NCBI GenBank assembly: GCA_008369845.1
Contig: MRSU01002376.1
Location: forward strand, 1 to 37,251
Source: Trichomonas gallinae
Lineage: Eukaryota
Direction of reading: 5' to 3'
DNA length: 37,251 bases
Shown here: piece by piece, positions 18,256-28,165 of the stretch
Layout: each line of letters opens with the position of its first letter
How positions within the stretch are numbered: the first letter of the stretch is position 1
Program-made: the position numbers and the translations under genes
The notes under the pieces: generated by a model
The model's input: only the letters and a program-made list of their open reading frames with translations
Databases searched by the model: none
Told to the model about the DNA's origin: nothing

Positions 18256-18888
18256 TGTTTTAAAAAATTGTTTACGGTTTTCTCGGTTTTTTTTTCTTCG
18301 AAAATTGGGCGACCAAATACAGATTTCGATCATTTGCTTTTTATTCGATTTTTGTTTTCTCCTTTAAAAAGCATACCCAAATAATTAAAAAAATTGAGAA
18401 AAAATTTGAAATTTTTGAATTTTTTTTTCCTACTCGAAAAAGCGAATTTTCGATCAAAATATAGTATACTCTGACTTAAAACTCGATCTGTTTTTACATT
18501 TTTGACGAATTTTGTTGTTTACAATATTTCAAAATTTTAAGATTTTTTTCGTCATTCAAATAAGATTTCATGACCCAATGGTCTGAAATATGAAATAATC
18601 TAGATATGTCGATTTCAGATTCATGGTAAGGTGATGTTTATTCGAAGTTTACTATAAACAAATATGATGTTGGTCTTGTTTTATCTGTACATATATGATC
18701 AGACAGGAAAATACAAGTTTGTTGCAGAATTTTTTTTTCGCTACGAATTTGATAGTTTTTGATTAAAGTTGCCTCTAAATAACACTTATTTCAAGTATTA
18801 TAACTCTACTCTTCAATTAGAGACTTTAAATTCATTCATTAAATGTATTTTGGAATTCCAACATTTTGAGAATTAACTAAATAACATA

Positions 18889-19785
18889 TTAAACATTTTG
18901 AAGAAAATTTAGCCATTGTTGTGAGACAGCAATGTCATAATGTTTCTTTTGTCTATCATAACATATATCACGATATTGTTTGATTTTCGCTGTTGCCTTT
19001 CTTACTTCTTCCAATTCTTTCTGTAGGCTTTCTGAAAGCGAATATTCTTGTTCCATTAATGCTGATAATGATCTTTCATCTGAATTATTGGTTAAATTCA
19101 TTTCGGCATACAAAGATGCTGCTAGACCATCTGCATCTTGGGTTCCAAATGTCTGATCACGTTTTAATTCATCGAGAATCGATTTAACATCATCATAAGC
19201 AGCACGTGATTCTTTATAATCAGCTCTTGAGTGAATTAATTCGCCCATAAATATAGGTTCTTCTTTCCAGTCACTGGGCAATGGTTTTATTTCTCCAGTG
19301 ATATTTAAATTTCTTCGCAGTTCATCCAATCTTAATTGGTTATCAGATTCTTCTTTTTGTAAAACATCAAGCATAGATTGGTTTTCTTGTATTTCGACTT
19401 TTCGTTGATCTAATAACGTTTTTAACTGATCCATCGTTTCGGTTGGCATGTGTACTTTTATTTCTGCAATCTCAGACTTGAGGAATTCAATATCGTTTTG
19501 TTTATTTTTTAATATTCGTTGATATTGTTCATTCATTAATTTTGAATCCCTTGATTGTCTTTGAATTTGTAATAATTGGCGTTTAAGATTGTTAATTTCC
19601 TTTACTTTCGCATCTAGGCTATCTTGCTTTAGAGATTTTTTAGGATTAGCTAATAATTCATTTTGTACTTCAACTTCAGCTGCAGCAAATTCGAGGTCGA
19701 GATATTTATTTTGTAACGATCTATTTTCGGCTTCAAGGCGAAGTCTTATCTCAGATCTATATTGAGAATCTTCCCTTTCACCCAT
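18889..19785 (-). CDS. Hypothetical coiled-coil protein
   Basis: About 298-304 aa (ATG at 19785 or 19803); strong coiled-coil composition; no recognisable domain. Confidence 0.7.
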   Translation of the reverse strand: MGEREDSQYRSEIRLRLEAENRSLQNKYLDLEFAAAEVEVQNELLANPKKSLKQDSLDAKVKEINNLKRQLLQIQRQSRDSKLMNEQYQRILKNKQNDIEFLKSEIAEIKVHMPTETMDQLKTLLDQRKVEIQENQSMLDVLQKEESDNQLRLDELRRNLNITGEIKPLPSDWKEEPIFMGELIHSRADYKESRAAYDDVKSILDELKRDQTFGTQDADGLAASLYAEMNLTNNSDERSLSALMEQEYSLSESLQKELEEVRKATAKIKQYRDICYDRQKKHYDIAVSQQWLNFLQNV

Positions 19786-21125
19786 ATTTTTGAATTTAAA
19801 CATTTTTCTTAGGGGGAGGCACCTATTTTTCCCCTAAATAATTTTCAAAAAATCAAAATATTTGAGATCTAGTTTTATAAATATCTGTGATACTTATTTT
19901 TTACATTAAAATCAAAAATCAAAATATATTTCTCGAACGTTGGCACAAAACAATAATGGTACTTAATTATCAATATGAATGGTTCATAATCATGCATATG
20001 AACAGACAACACAAGAATATTGGTTACTTACGAAGCGAAATTTCCATGGGCATTTATTTTGATGTTTAGAGTGTAAAACTCCAAATGAAAATCAATCTAT
20101 ATTAGCTACTTAATACATATTTAATATTCATTATCAATAAAGATGTGTCTTTCCCATTCAAAACACTCGATTGATGTTAAATTATCGAAGTTTACATGAC
20201 AAATTTTTAATTTTCATATATTATAATATAAATGCTTATATTAAATTAAATCCTAAAATTGAATGTTTCTACCGTCAAATTTGGTCTTATTAAATTTTTT
20301 TGTTTCATAATCCAGCATTCTAGATAATAATGCAATTAAATCGATAAGATAAAGCATTCAATCGAAATATATTTTAGTTACATGTCAAAAACATAATATC
20401 ATAAATTAATAGATCTAAACTGTTACTAATCTAATGATAAATACAAAGACCAAATTTTGATGTCAAAGATTTGAGTTTACAAATCAGATATCCGTTTAAA
20501 TATATTTATTTTGAATTGATAATGGGTTCAGCGCATAGAAAAACGTGACTGTCAACTTAGAAGAACCCATGTAGATGATGCTAAATGCATCATAAATCAT
20601 TAACTTTTCAAAGAACTTCTCTTATTGCATCTAATAAAAATCCGATCAAAGAAATTTCATGATTATCGGATAGTATAACATCTAACAAGCAATATTTATT
20701 GAGCTCAATAAGTTTTTCAATGAGTTATCAAAATTGCTTAACAAAATAAATATTTTCTTAGCATTTGAATTATGCAATAGATAACGTAATACTGCATAGC
20801 CAAACTATCAAATGACCAAAATCTTTTTCAATTTGAAAATCACATATGTGTGATTATATATTATTATATATGATTATTTAAAGATTTTATTTTGAATACT
20901 ATTCAATCAACTTTATACGCATATATTGTGTATAATATGATTAATAATTTTATCCCAATAAAAACATGATGAACGTTATGATTTTGATCAATCATTTTGA
21001 AATGATTTTACAAATTAATTTTTTGAAATATTGATATATATTCACTACCTGAATAGAATTACAATGTTTAAATATAAATTTCAAAGAGAACTTTTCAATG
21101 CGAAATTATCCATTTTTTCTTCAAA

Positions 21126-22571
21126 ATGTCTTCATCGACTACACTGGCTTACGCTAGCAATCACATAGCCAAAGTGTGCTCGAGTTTTGAAGGAATAATC
21201 CCTACATTGGCTGCGTACAGGAAATTGTTCGTTTTCGCTATTGGTCAATTCAGAAAATTCTCTGATCACTTCAATTCAATAGCTACCAACGAAATGCTAT
21301 CAAAAAGACAGTATTGCGCTTATAAGACAATCATTACTGATTGCTGCAAGAAATATTTGGAGCTTTTACAAAATTATTCTTTCCAACATTGGACAAAGAA
21401 CACTCTTGAAAATAAAATATCTGAACTCCCAAGCAAGATATTCACATTAACAACATCACTTCAGGAACATTCTGCTGCTCTCGATCCGATCGGCTCAAGA
21501 TATTTCAATTCTGCTGATCCAGAGTGGAAGAATCTCCACTACCAAGAGCTTCAGTCAATATACTCATCATTTGAAAGCTTCATTAAGAAGAATACGATAA
21601 ATAATAATATTACTATTAATGCTTTAAAGAGGATGAATAGCATCTCAGACTTCTTCTCTATAAATGGAACAAACAACTTTTATGATTCTAACTTATTCTC
21701 ACCAATTCCTCACCAATTTTCCAACTATCGCCTTAACCACACTGATTTAATCCAAGAGGCACAGATCGGAAAGGGTGCATCGGCTGTTGTCTACTCAGGA
21801 ATCTACAAGCCAACAGGCGAAAAAGTTGCAATTAAAAGATTGAATTGCGAGGATCTCAATTTACAAGAGCTCCAGCACTACCAGAATGAAATAACAGTTC
21901 TCGCATCAAATAATCACTCGTCTGTGATCAGTTTCATTGGCGCCACAGTATCATATCCTTATTGCATTGTTACTAAGTGGATGCCAAACGGAAACCTCTT
22001 TGATGCCTTGCACAAGAATAACACCATGAATCCTACGGACCTTACTATTGCTTTATACGATATTGCCCGCGGCTTGAATTGTATTCATTCCAACGGCTAC
22101 ATACATAGGGACTTAAAGTCACCTAACATATTATTAGACTCGGAGAATAGAATCAAGATATGCGATTTTGGTATCGCCAGCATATCCAGTGATGATGAAA
22201 AACCAATCAACAAGGCAGGAACTGCCCAATGGCTGGCACCTGAAGTCTTCAATGGAAAGTATCCGGTAACAGAGAAAGTTGACGTATATTCATACGCTAT
22301 CATCGCTTATGAAGCTGCTACCGGCCAAATTCCATTTGACGGACTTGACTCACAAGTCATCATCAACCATGTTGTCATCAACGATCTCCGCCCTCATCTT
22401 CCACAGCTTCCAAATGGAGTTGAGGCCTTGATCAAAACATGCTGGGCAACTGATCCATCGGATAGACCATCTTTTGATGATATTGTCCAACTTTTCAAGT
22501 CAGGCAATATCATTTTAGCAGGTGCTGATAGATCTGCTGTTCTTGATTATATTCATCAAAATCCAATTTAA
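21126..22571 (+). CDS. TKL-group protein kinase with ~195-aa N-terminal helical domain
   Basis: GKGASAVV, VAIK, HRDLKSPN, DFG, WLAPE, DVYSY, CW...P..RPSF; all catalytic motifs intact. Confidence 0.92.
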   Translation: MSSSTTLAYASNHIAKVCSSFEGIIPTLAAYRKLFVFAIGQFRKFSDHFNSIATNEMLSKRQYCAYKTIITDCCKKYLELLQNYSFQHWTKNTLENKISELPSKIFTLTTSLQEHSAALDPIGSRYFNSADPEWKNLHYQELQSIYSSFESFIKKNTINNNITINALKRMNSISDFFSINGTNNFYDSNLFSPIPHQFSNYRLNHTDLIQEAQIGKGASAVVYSGIYKPTGEKVAIKRLNCEDLNLQELQHYQNEITVLASNNHSSVISFIGATVSYPYCIVTKWMPNGNLFDALHKNNTMNPTDLTIALYDIARGLNCIHSNGYIHRDLKSPNILLDSENRIKICDFGIASISSDDEKPINKAGTAQWLAPEVFNGKYPVTEKVDVYSYAIIAYEAATGQIPFDGLDSQVIINHVVINDLRPHLPQLPNGVEALIKTCWATDPSDRPSFDDIVQLFKSGNIILAGADRSAVLDYIHQNPI

Positions 22572-22940
22572 CTTGTATATTGTTTTTTATATATGATAAA
22601 TAGCCATGTATTTATTGTTAATCGAATCATTATGTTTCTAATCCCATAACATTTAAGCTGAATGATTATATTTTGATTATATATCAAAATCGGATAATTG
22701 TAGCATCAATCATTTGCAATATATTTACCAAACCCAATATAGCTGAATCCATTAAATGAAATGTCCATACTACTTTTATTAGTTTTAAGAAAATAAAAAG
22801 ATTTGATTTTCTTTCATTCTATAATTCAAACGATTTTTTTGTCAGCATTGAATATATTTATTAATATAATTCTTGTTAAAACCAAAATAACGAAGGTATA
22901 ATATCTAAAAGGAACCAAATATGTAGAAAAAATAAAAAAT

Positions 22941-23331
22941 ATTAAAGATATAAATCCAGTAGGACCATAACGGTCAGTTAATAAAAAATTTCAAAAAGTT
23001 ATATAAGCTATAATGACTCTGAAGATGAATTTTTTGACAAATGTCAGAATTTGGATGAGTTTTTGAATAATGTCAGAAATTCGTGTCAAATATTTTAATA
23101 ATCGATGAATTCCAAGCCGAATCCTTACAAATTAAAGATATAGATACAGTAGGACCATAATGGTCAGATATTAGAAGATCTCAAAAATCTATAATAGCGA
23201 ACCTTGATATTGATGAATTTTTGACAAATGTCAGAGATTTGGATAAGTTTATGACAAATTGTTGGATTTTGAACGAATTTTTGACACATGTCAGAAGTTA
23301 GGTGTCAAATATTTTAATAATCGTTGAATTC
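22941..23331. repeat. Imperfect tandem duplication (period 190 bp) with internal ~29-bp palindromic minisatellite
   Basis: Copy 1 22941-23112, copy 2 23131-23331; both start ATTAAAGATATA.AT.CAGTAGGACCATAA.GGTCAG and end GTGTCAAATATTTTAATAATCG.TGAATTC; 2 vs 3 internal units with TGACA-N2-TGTCA core. Confidence 0.85.
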
Positions 23332-23520
23332 GTGATGTGTAATAGTTTATCAATATATTTATTGGAAATTAAAATTGAATATAAAAATTCAATACTTTAT
23401 TTTTAATTTACAAATAAATTCAGAACTTTACAAATAAATTTTGAGCAAAACAGTTGAATCTGAAGCAGTTTTATTTTCAATTAAGGATTTACAATGTTGA
23501 TATAAAAATCAGTGAAAATT

Positions 23521-23525
23521 TCATT
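23521..23525 (+). promoter_or_regulatory. Initiator (Inr) element TCATT
   Basis: Matches the trichomonad Inr TCA(T/C)(T/A), starting 13 nt upstream of ATG 23534; similar sites at 28128-28132 (+) and 36024-36020 (-). Confidence 0.55.
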
Positions 23526-23533
23526 ATTTTTTT

Positions 23534-25204
23534 ATGGGTGATAATAATAATTTTCCTTCTGTTTCTACAAAGGGCAGCAACAGCTTAGAAACTTACTCAG
23601 GGGAGGCTGCTCATGCGTCTGGTGACAATCAGCCGAGAAAAAAGAATAAAAATAATATCGGCAAAAATGAAACGGTAGATATTTCCGCTAATTCGGGACC
23701 CATAAATTCTAATGACCCACAGAGAGTAGGTAATATCAATGAAAGAGATCCATTAATCGATTTTTTGGCCGATAAGATTTCAGATAGCGATGAATACGAT
23801 GTTTTGATCAATAAATTGCTCATGTACAATTCAGAAATAAATCAAAAATCAAATACATTATGCTTAATATCCGAAGTTCAGCAGCAATTCCCTTACAACG
23901 AAAAATTTGAATTTAAAGAATTTGATCGTTTCGAAAAACAAGAATATAACGACTTAGAACTATTAAGAGAACTGATTTCACCCAACAAAGAACCAGATTT
24001 ACCAAAAAAATTGGATCAAAATATAACTTTTATTGCGCCAAAGTTCAAAACATGGCGTGGCAAGCAGGTTTCCTACAAGGTTATACCTAGCAGCGAACAG
24101 TCCGACTTGAATAACAGTTTCGTAGACTTTATTGGCAATACACAATATAAGTGTATGGTAATTTTATCGGCAAACAGTTATCCTAAGGGCAAAATTAGGC
24201 TAATAACCAACGAAGTAGTCGAATCCAGCTATATTGCTGAAGAAGTAGACATTATTTCTACAGATGATGTAATAAATACAAGAAATGAGAATAAGGCTTT
24301 GATTAACAAGTCAATATCAATAAATTCGATAGTTAATGAGAGAATTAGCATCAAAGAACGACTAAATCAATTAATGGACGTTTCTGAACTGATATATTAT
24401 CCATTAAGCGAATTTAAAGATCCAATCACGAGTACGATACCACCAATACGATGCAAATCATTGCGTTTACTATTTTCTATACTTCACGCTATAGAATTAA
24501 ATGTCGAGATTGATGAATGCACGAGTTTGCCAATTTCACAAAGCTTGAAGCACTTCATTCCGTTCATGAATGCTGCCATACGACACCCGGACTTCGAATA
24601 TCATCTAGTTTGTCCTGCAATTCATATTGGCTTTTATTTCGAGCTTGCGCACACTTTGAACAAGTTATACGACTATATCAATCACATAGACTTCTTGCCA
24701 TTAAAGGCTGCGTTCGAAATATCAAAAATTACAAATTCCGAAGAAATTTTCATTTCAAGCGAGGAAATCATCAGATTTGCCAATTCAGTTGAGACGTGCG
24801 CATTTTTATCCGAATGCATAAGCAAGTTACAATGCGTTGCAGTGATGCATTCTCTTTCTACTAATTTGATAATTTATGAAACATCAATGTCTTACTTAGA
24901 AGGAAGAACTCCGATGCCATTCTTTAATGGACTTCAATCCGTACCGTTATATCAGTGCAAATTTGTCAAAAATGAGAATTTCTTGAAAATTAATGTTTCA
25001 AAGTTTAATCATAAAGTACCAGCTCCAGGAATAGTTCCAACATATTGGCCAATCCTTGAGAGGCTCAAAATCCCAGTTACACCTGATATTAAGCCAATCA
25101 AAGAATTTGATAATTTGGTTTTCCAAATCAACACGTGCAAGGACAGATTCATCGACCCTCCAATTGTTTTCACCCCAGGAACAACTTTCTTTATGTTTGT
25201 GTAA
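23534..25204 (+). CDS. Hypothetical protein
   Basis: 556-aa ORF with Inr upstream, disordered N-terminus and globular-looking remainder; no motif recognised. Confidence 0.75.
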   Translation: MGDNNNFPSVSTKGSNSLETYSGEAAHASGDNQPRKKNKNNIGKNETVDISANSGPINSNDPQRVGNINERDPLIDFLADKISDSDEYDVLINKLLMYNSEINQKSNTLCLISEVQQQFPYNEKFEFKEFDRFEKQEYNDLELLRELISPNKEPDLPKKLDQNITFIAPKFKTWRGKQVSYKVIPSSEQSDLNNSFVDFIGNTQYKCMVILSANSYPKGKIRLITNEVVESSYIAEEVDIISTDDVINTRNENKALINKSISINSIVNERISIKERLNQLMDVSELIYYPLSEFKDPITSTIPPIRCKSLRLLFSILHAIELNVEIDECTSLPISQSLKHFIPFMNAAIRHPDFEYHLVCPAIHIGFYFELAHTLNKLYDYINHIDFLPLKAAFEISKITNSEEIFISSEEIIRFANSVETCAFLSECISKLQCVAVMHSLSTNLIIYETSMSYLEGRTPMPFFNGLQSVPLYQCKFVKNENFLKINVSKFNHKVPAPGIVPTYWPILERLKIPVTPDIKPIKEFDNLVFQINTCKDRFIDPPIVFTPGTTFFMFV

Positions 25205-25301
25205 TTTTAATATCAAAATTTTTATTACGCTTGTTTGTTTTATAAAGAAAAATCGATTTTTGCAACCATTTTAAGTTTTATTTATTCTATAAATCAAATC
25301 A

Positions 25302-25505
25302 ATCAACGAAGAAGAAAATAATAACTATGTAGCTTTGATATATGCTTCAACTTTAGTGCAATGTTAAACTTATGTTCACAGTCATTCAAATCAAAACTAA
25401 TGCAAAATATAACTATAATTCAGAACATATTTTATTCTTGCTTCAAATATAGATCATTTAAAAGTTGTTAAACTTGTACATGCATTCGACATAAATTCAA
25501 AATAA
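25302..25505 (+). pseudogene. Heavily decayed ankyrin-repeat pseudogene
   Basis: Across two frameshifts reads INEEENNNYVALIYASTL / VKLMFTVIQIKTNAKYNYN / RTYFILASNIDHLKVVKLVHAFDINSK*; shares ATTCTTGCTTCA with the 82-402 ankyrin fragment. Confidence 0.55.
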
Positions 25506-25954
25506 ACTCTATGAAGAAAGCTAATGACGAAATAATCTGGAATGAATGGCGATTCTTTATCAAATATATATGATTTCATATTTATATTTTTTTCTCGACA
25601 AGAACATCAAATTTATTCAAATAGAATAGTTTCAAAATTGGTACGCTATTGGTAGACAATACTCATCTAAATGAATATATCTTAAGATTAAATCGTGGTT
25701 GACACACTTTTGGAACTCCACAAAAATGCTGTGTCAAATATATTTTTAGCAACTATGATTTTGGATGAGAAAATGAGTTATTTGAACAATAGTAGTAATT
25801 AAAATCAATCATTGGAGTAGATCATTTAACAGCCAAATAATCATTCAAATTCTGGTAATTTTACCATGTGAAATTTTTGGAATTATAAAATTTGTCACTT
25901 TTATATTTTTTTAAAAAATTGTCACTTTTATAAAATCAAAATAAAATCAAAAAG

Positions 25955-27052
25955 ATGCAGTTCAAAATTCTGCCTTTAGCGATGCCGCAAGACGGCCAAA
26001 CATATGTAGACGTGGAGCAAATAAAACACATGCTGATGAGTGGCATTGATGATTCACCGCCAGAAGACAGGGCTCTCGCTTGGCTTGCTTTAAGCAATAT
26101 TTATCCGAAGAATCCAAACGATTGGAATGATGCGAAAAAGAAATACTTAGACGAATACATAAACTTTATCAAGTTTTTTAAGATGGAAGAATGGGAAACA
26201 AAATTTTTCTCCAATGATACGGAAAAAGTTATTGAGTTTGGAACAGAATCTGATGATTTAATGGCTACTATACATACTGATATAGTTCGTACACAACACC
26301 ATATTCCATTTTTCCCATTCCCAGAGGAAATAGATGATATTACCAGAGATATTTTAGCGCCATTCCGACCCCACATGCGCAGAATCGAGAGAATACTGTA
26401 TATACAAGCTAAACTCGATCCAGGACTTTCATATGCTCAAGGATTCAACGAATTAATTTGTCCAATATTCTTTACATTGCTTTCTGCCAAAAATATATTG
26501 GACAACAGCTGGGATATGGTGGAAGCTCTTTCATTCTACATGTTTCAAAAGCTATTAAGCTCCACAGGATTAATTGATTTATACATGACTCAAGATAAGT
26601 CATCGATCATTATTCACAAGATGGAAGAATTCATGCAAACTGTTAGAAGACATCTCCCCAGAGAAGCAGCAATTATAGAACATCATCAAATTGTACCAAC
26701 TGTTTTTGCGTTTCCATGGTTATGCATTTTATTTGCACAGTTCTTTATGATTCCAGATCTTGTTGTTATTTGGGACTCATTATTTGTTCATTTCGACATT
26801 CTCCTTCAATACGCGAATTATATAGGAACAGCAATCATTTTCATTTTATCTGACAGAATTTCTGAAGAAGATTACGTGAAAACAATGAATGTCCTCAAGA
26901 AATCTCAGCTAACATGCGTTACTGATATTCTTCGATTCGCATATCATTGCTTAAAAGTCGATAACGAGCCAAAACCGAAGTCATTGCTCGATGATTTGAA
27001 ATCTAAGATCAAACCAAATATCGAATCATTCAAGAAATTTTTATTCAAATAA
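25955..27052 (+). CDS. TBC-domain Rab GTPase-activating protein (TBC1D13-like)
   Basis: RALAW, arginine finger IHTDIVRT (IxxDxxR), glutamine finger YAQGFNEL (YxQ), FPWLCILFAQ, IWDSLF. Confidence 0.92.
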   Translation: MQFKILPLAMPQDGQTYVDVEQIKHMLMSGIDDSPPEDRALAWLALSNIYPKNPNDWNDAKKKYLDEYINFIKFFKMEEWETKFFSNDTEKVIEFGTESDDLMATIHTDIVRTQHHIPFFPFPEEIDDITRDILAPFRPHMRRIERILYIQAKLDPGLSYAQGFNELICPIFFTLLSAKNILDNSWDMVEALSFYMFQKLLSSTGLIDLYMTQDKSSIIIHKMEEFMQTVRRHLPREAAIIEHHQIVPTVFAFPWLCILFAQFFMIPDLVVIWDSLFVHFDILLQYANYIGTAIIFILSDRISEEDYVKTMNVLKKSQLTCVTDILRFAYHCLKVDNEPKPKSLLDDLKSKIKPNIESFKKFLFK

Positions 27053-27640
27053 AAATTGCTATTATTCTTTTCTGTTTGAAATAAAGATGTTATTCTATCA
27101 TATACTAGAAGAACAATATATATTTATGCGATATTAAGAGTTTTGACCCAATATCTTATTGTTCGAAAAAAATAAATCGTTTAAACTATCCTCGTTTGCG
27201 CTCGATGAGATGTTCAAAGAGAATAATGGCGATTTTTCATGTTGATAACGAGTTATCGCAAAACAAAAAGAACCCAAAATTAATTTATCGGCCGCGGAAG
27301 TTCGCTGCATTTCTAGATAGTAAGGCATGGCAAACATCATTTAAATATTTCATCGTTTTATCCAGATTTAATGGCCAGCAATTTGGATCATATCTAGCTT
27401 TGAAATTATTAATTTTAATAATTATAAAAAAGCGTTATGAAATGCTATCAAGAATAATATAGCTCGAAAATGAGCAAATATGCAGAGTTATTAGGAATTT
27501 AATTAAAAAATTCCGGAACATGTTCAGCCAGGTGTTATAAATAGTATAATCCCCAAATCTCAAATAAAAACAAAAAATGATCGAAAAATTAACCCAAATT
27601 TCTTAATAAAACTGTCATCATCGTGCTTCATTCAAAATTA

Positions 27641-27735
27641 ACAAGTTTACAAAAAAATTTGAAAAGTTTACAACTGATTCGAAAGGTTTACATACAATTT
27701 CAAATATTTACATTTATTTCAAATATTTACATAAA
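27641..27735. repeat. ~20-bp minisatellite, five phased TTTACA cores
   Basis: TTTACA starts at 27646, 27667, 27687, 27707 and 27726 (spacing 21, 20, 20, 19). Confidence 0.7.
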
Positions 27736-28165
27736 TCATTTTAATATGTTTTTATTATTATAATTTGTTATTCATATTTAATAAGATTTTATCAATATAT
27801 ATTTTTGTAAAATTTTAACAGATGATATTATATATATTGCTAATAATATATAATCCATTCTTAACTATTTTTGCCTTTTTTCATAAAAAATCAATTTAAC
27901 AGTTTTAAAAGAATTTAGATTAAATATATTATAGAATAATATAATGCAGTGTTTTTTTTTAAAAAACTTAAAATTTTTGAAAATCTTTTGCGATTTATGC
28001 TTATTATAAGTGAATACACATATTAAAGACAAAAGACTTGAAAAAGTCATGTGATCGTGAAAAATAAAAATGTCTTTAAAATGCTTTAAATGTTGCATTT
28101 ATAATATTAAAAAGATTGAATTAAGTTTCATTGTCGTGTCAAATTTTCTGCAAATCTAAAAAAAA

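Noticed and set aside
18860..18900. Intron extending the 18889-19785 gene
   Set aside because: No trichomonad branch/3' motif (ACTAAC...CAG), and the downstream frames close quickly
27130..27620. Possible minus-strand pseudogene and small ORFs 27134-27340 and 27196-27462
   Set aside because: Many in-frame stops and no identifiable homology; noted only as context for the TTTACA array
19887..28098. Intergenic AT-rich mini-ORFs 19887-20069 and 27865-28098
   Set aside because: F/I/K/N-rich composition typical of random AT-rich DNA; no homology or promoter support
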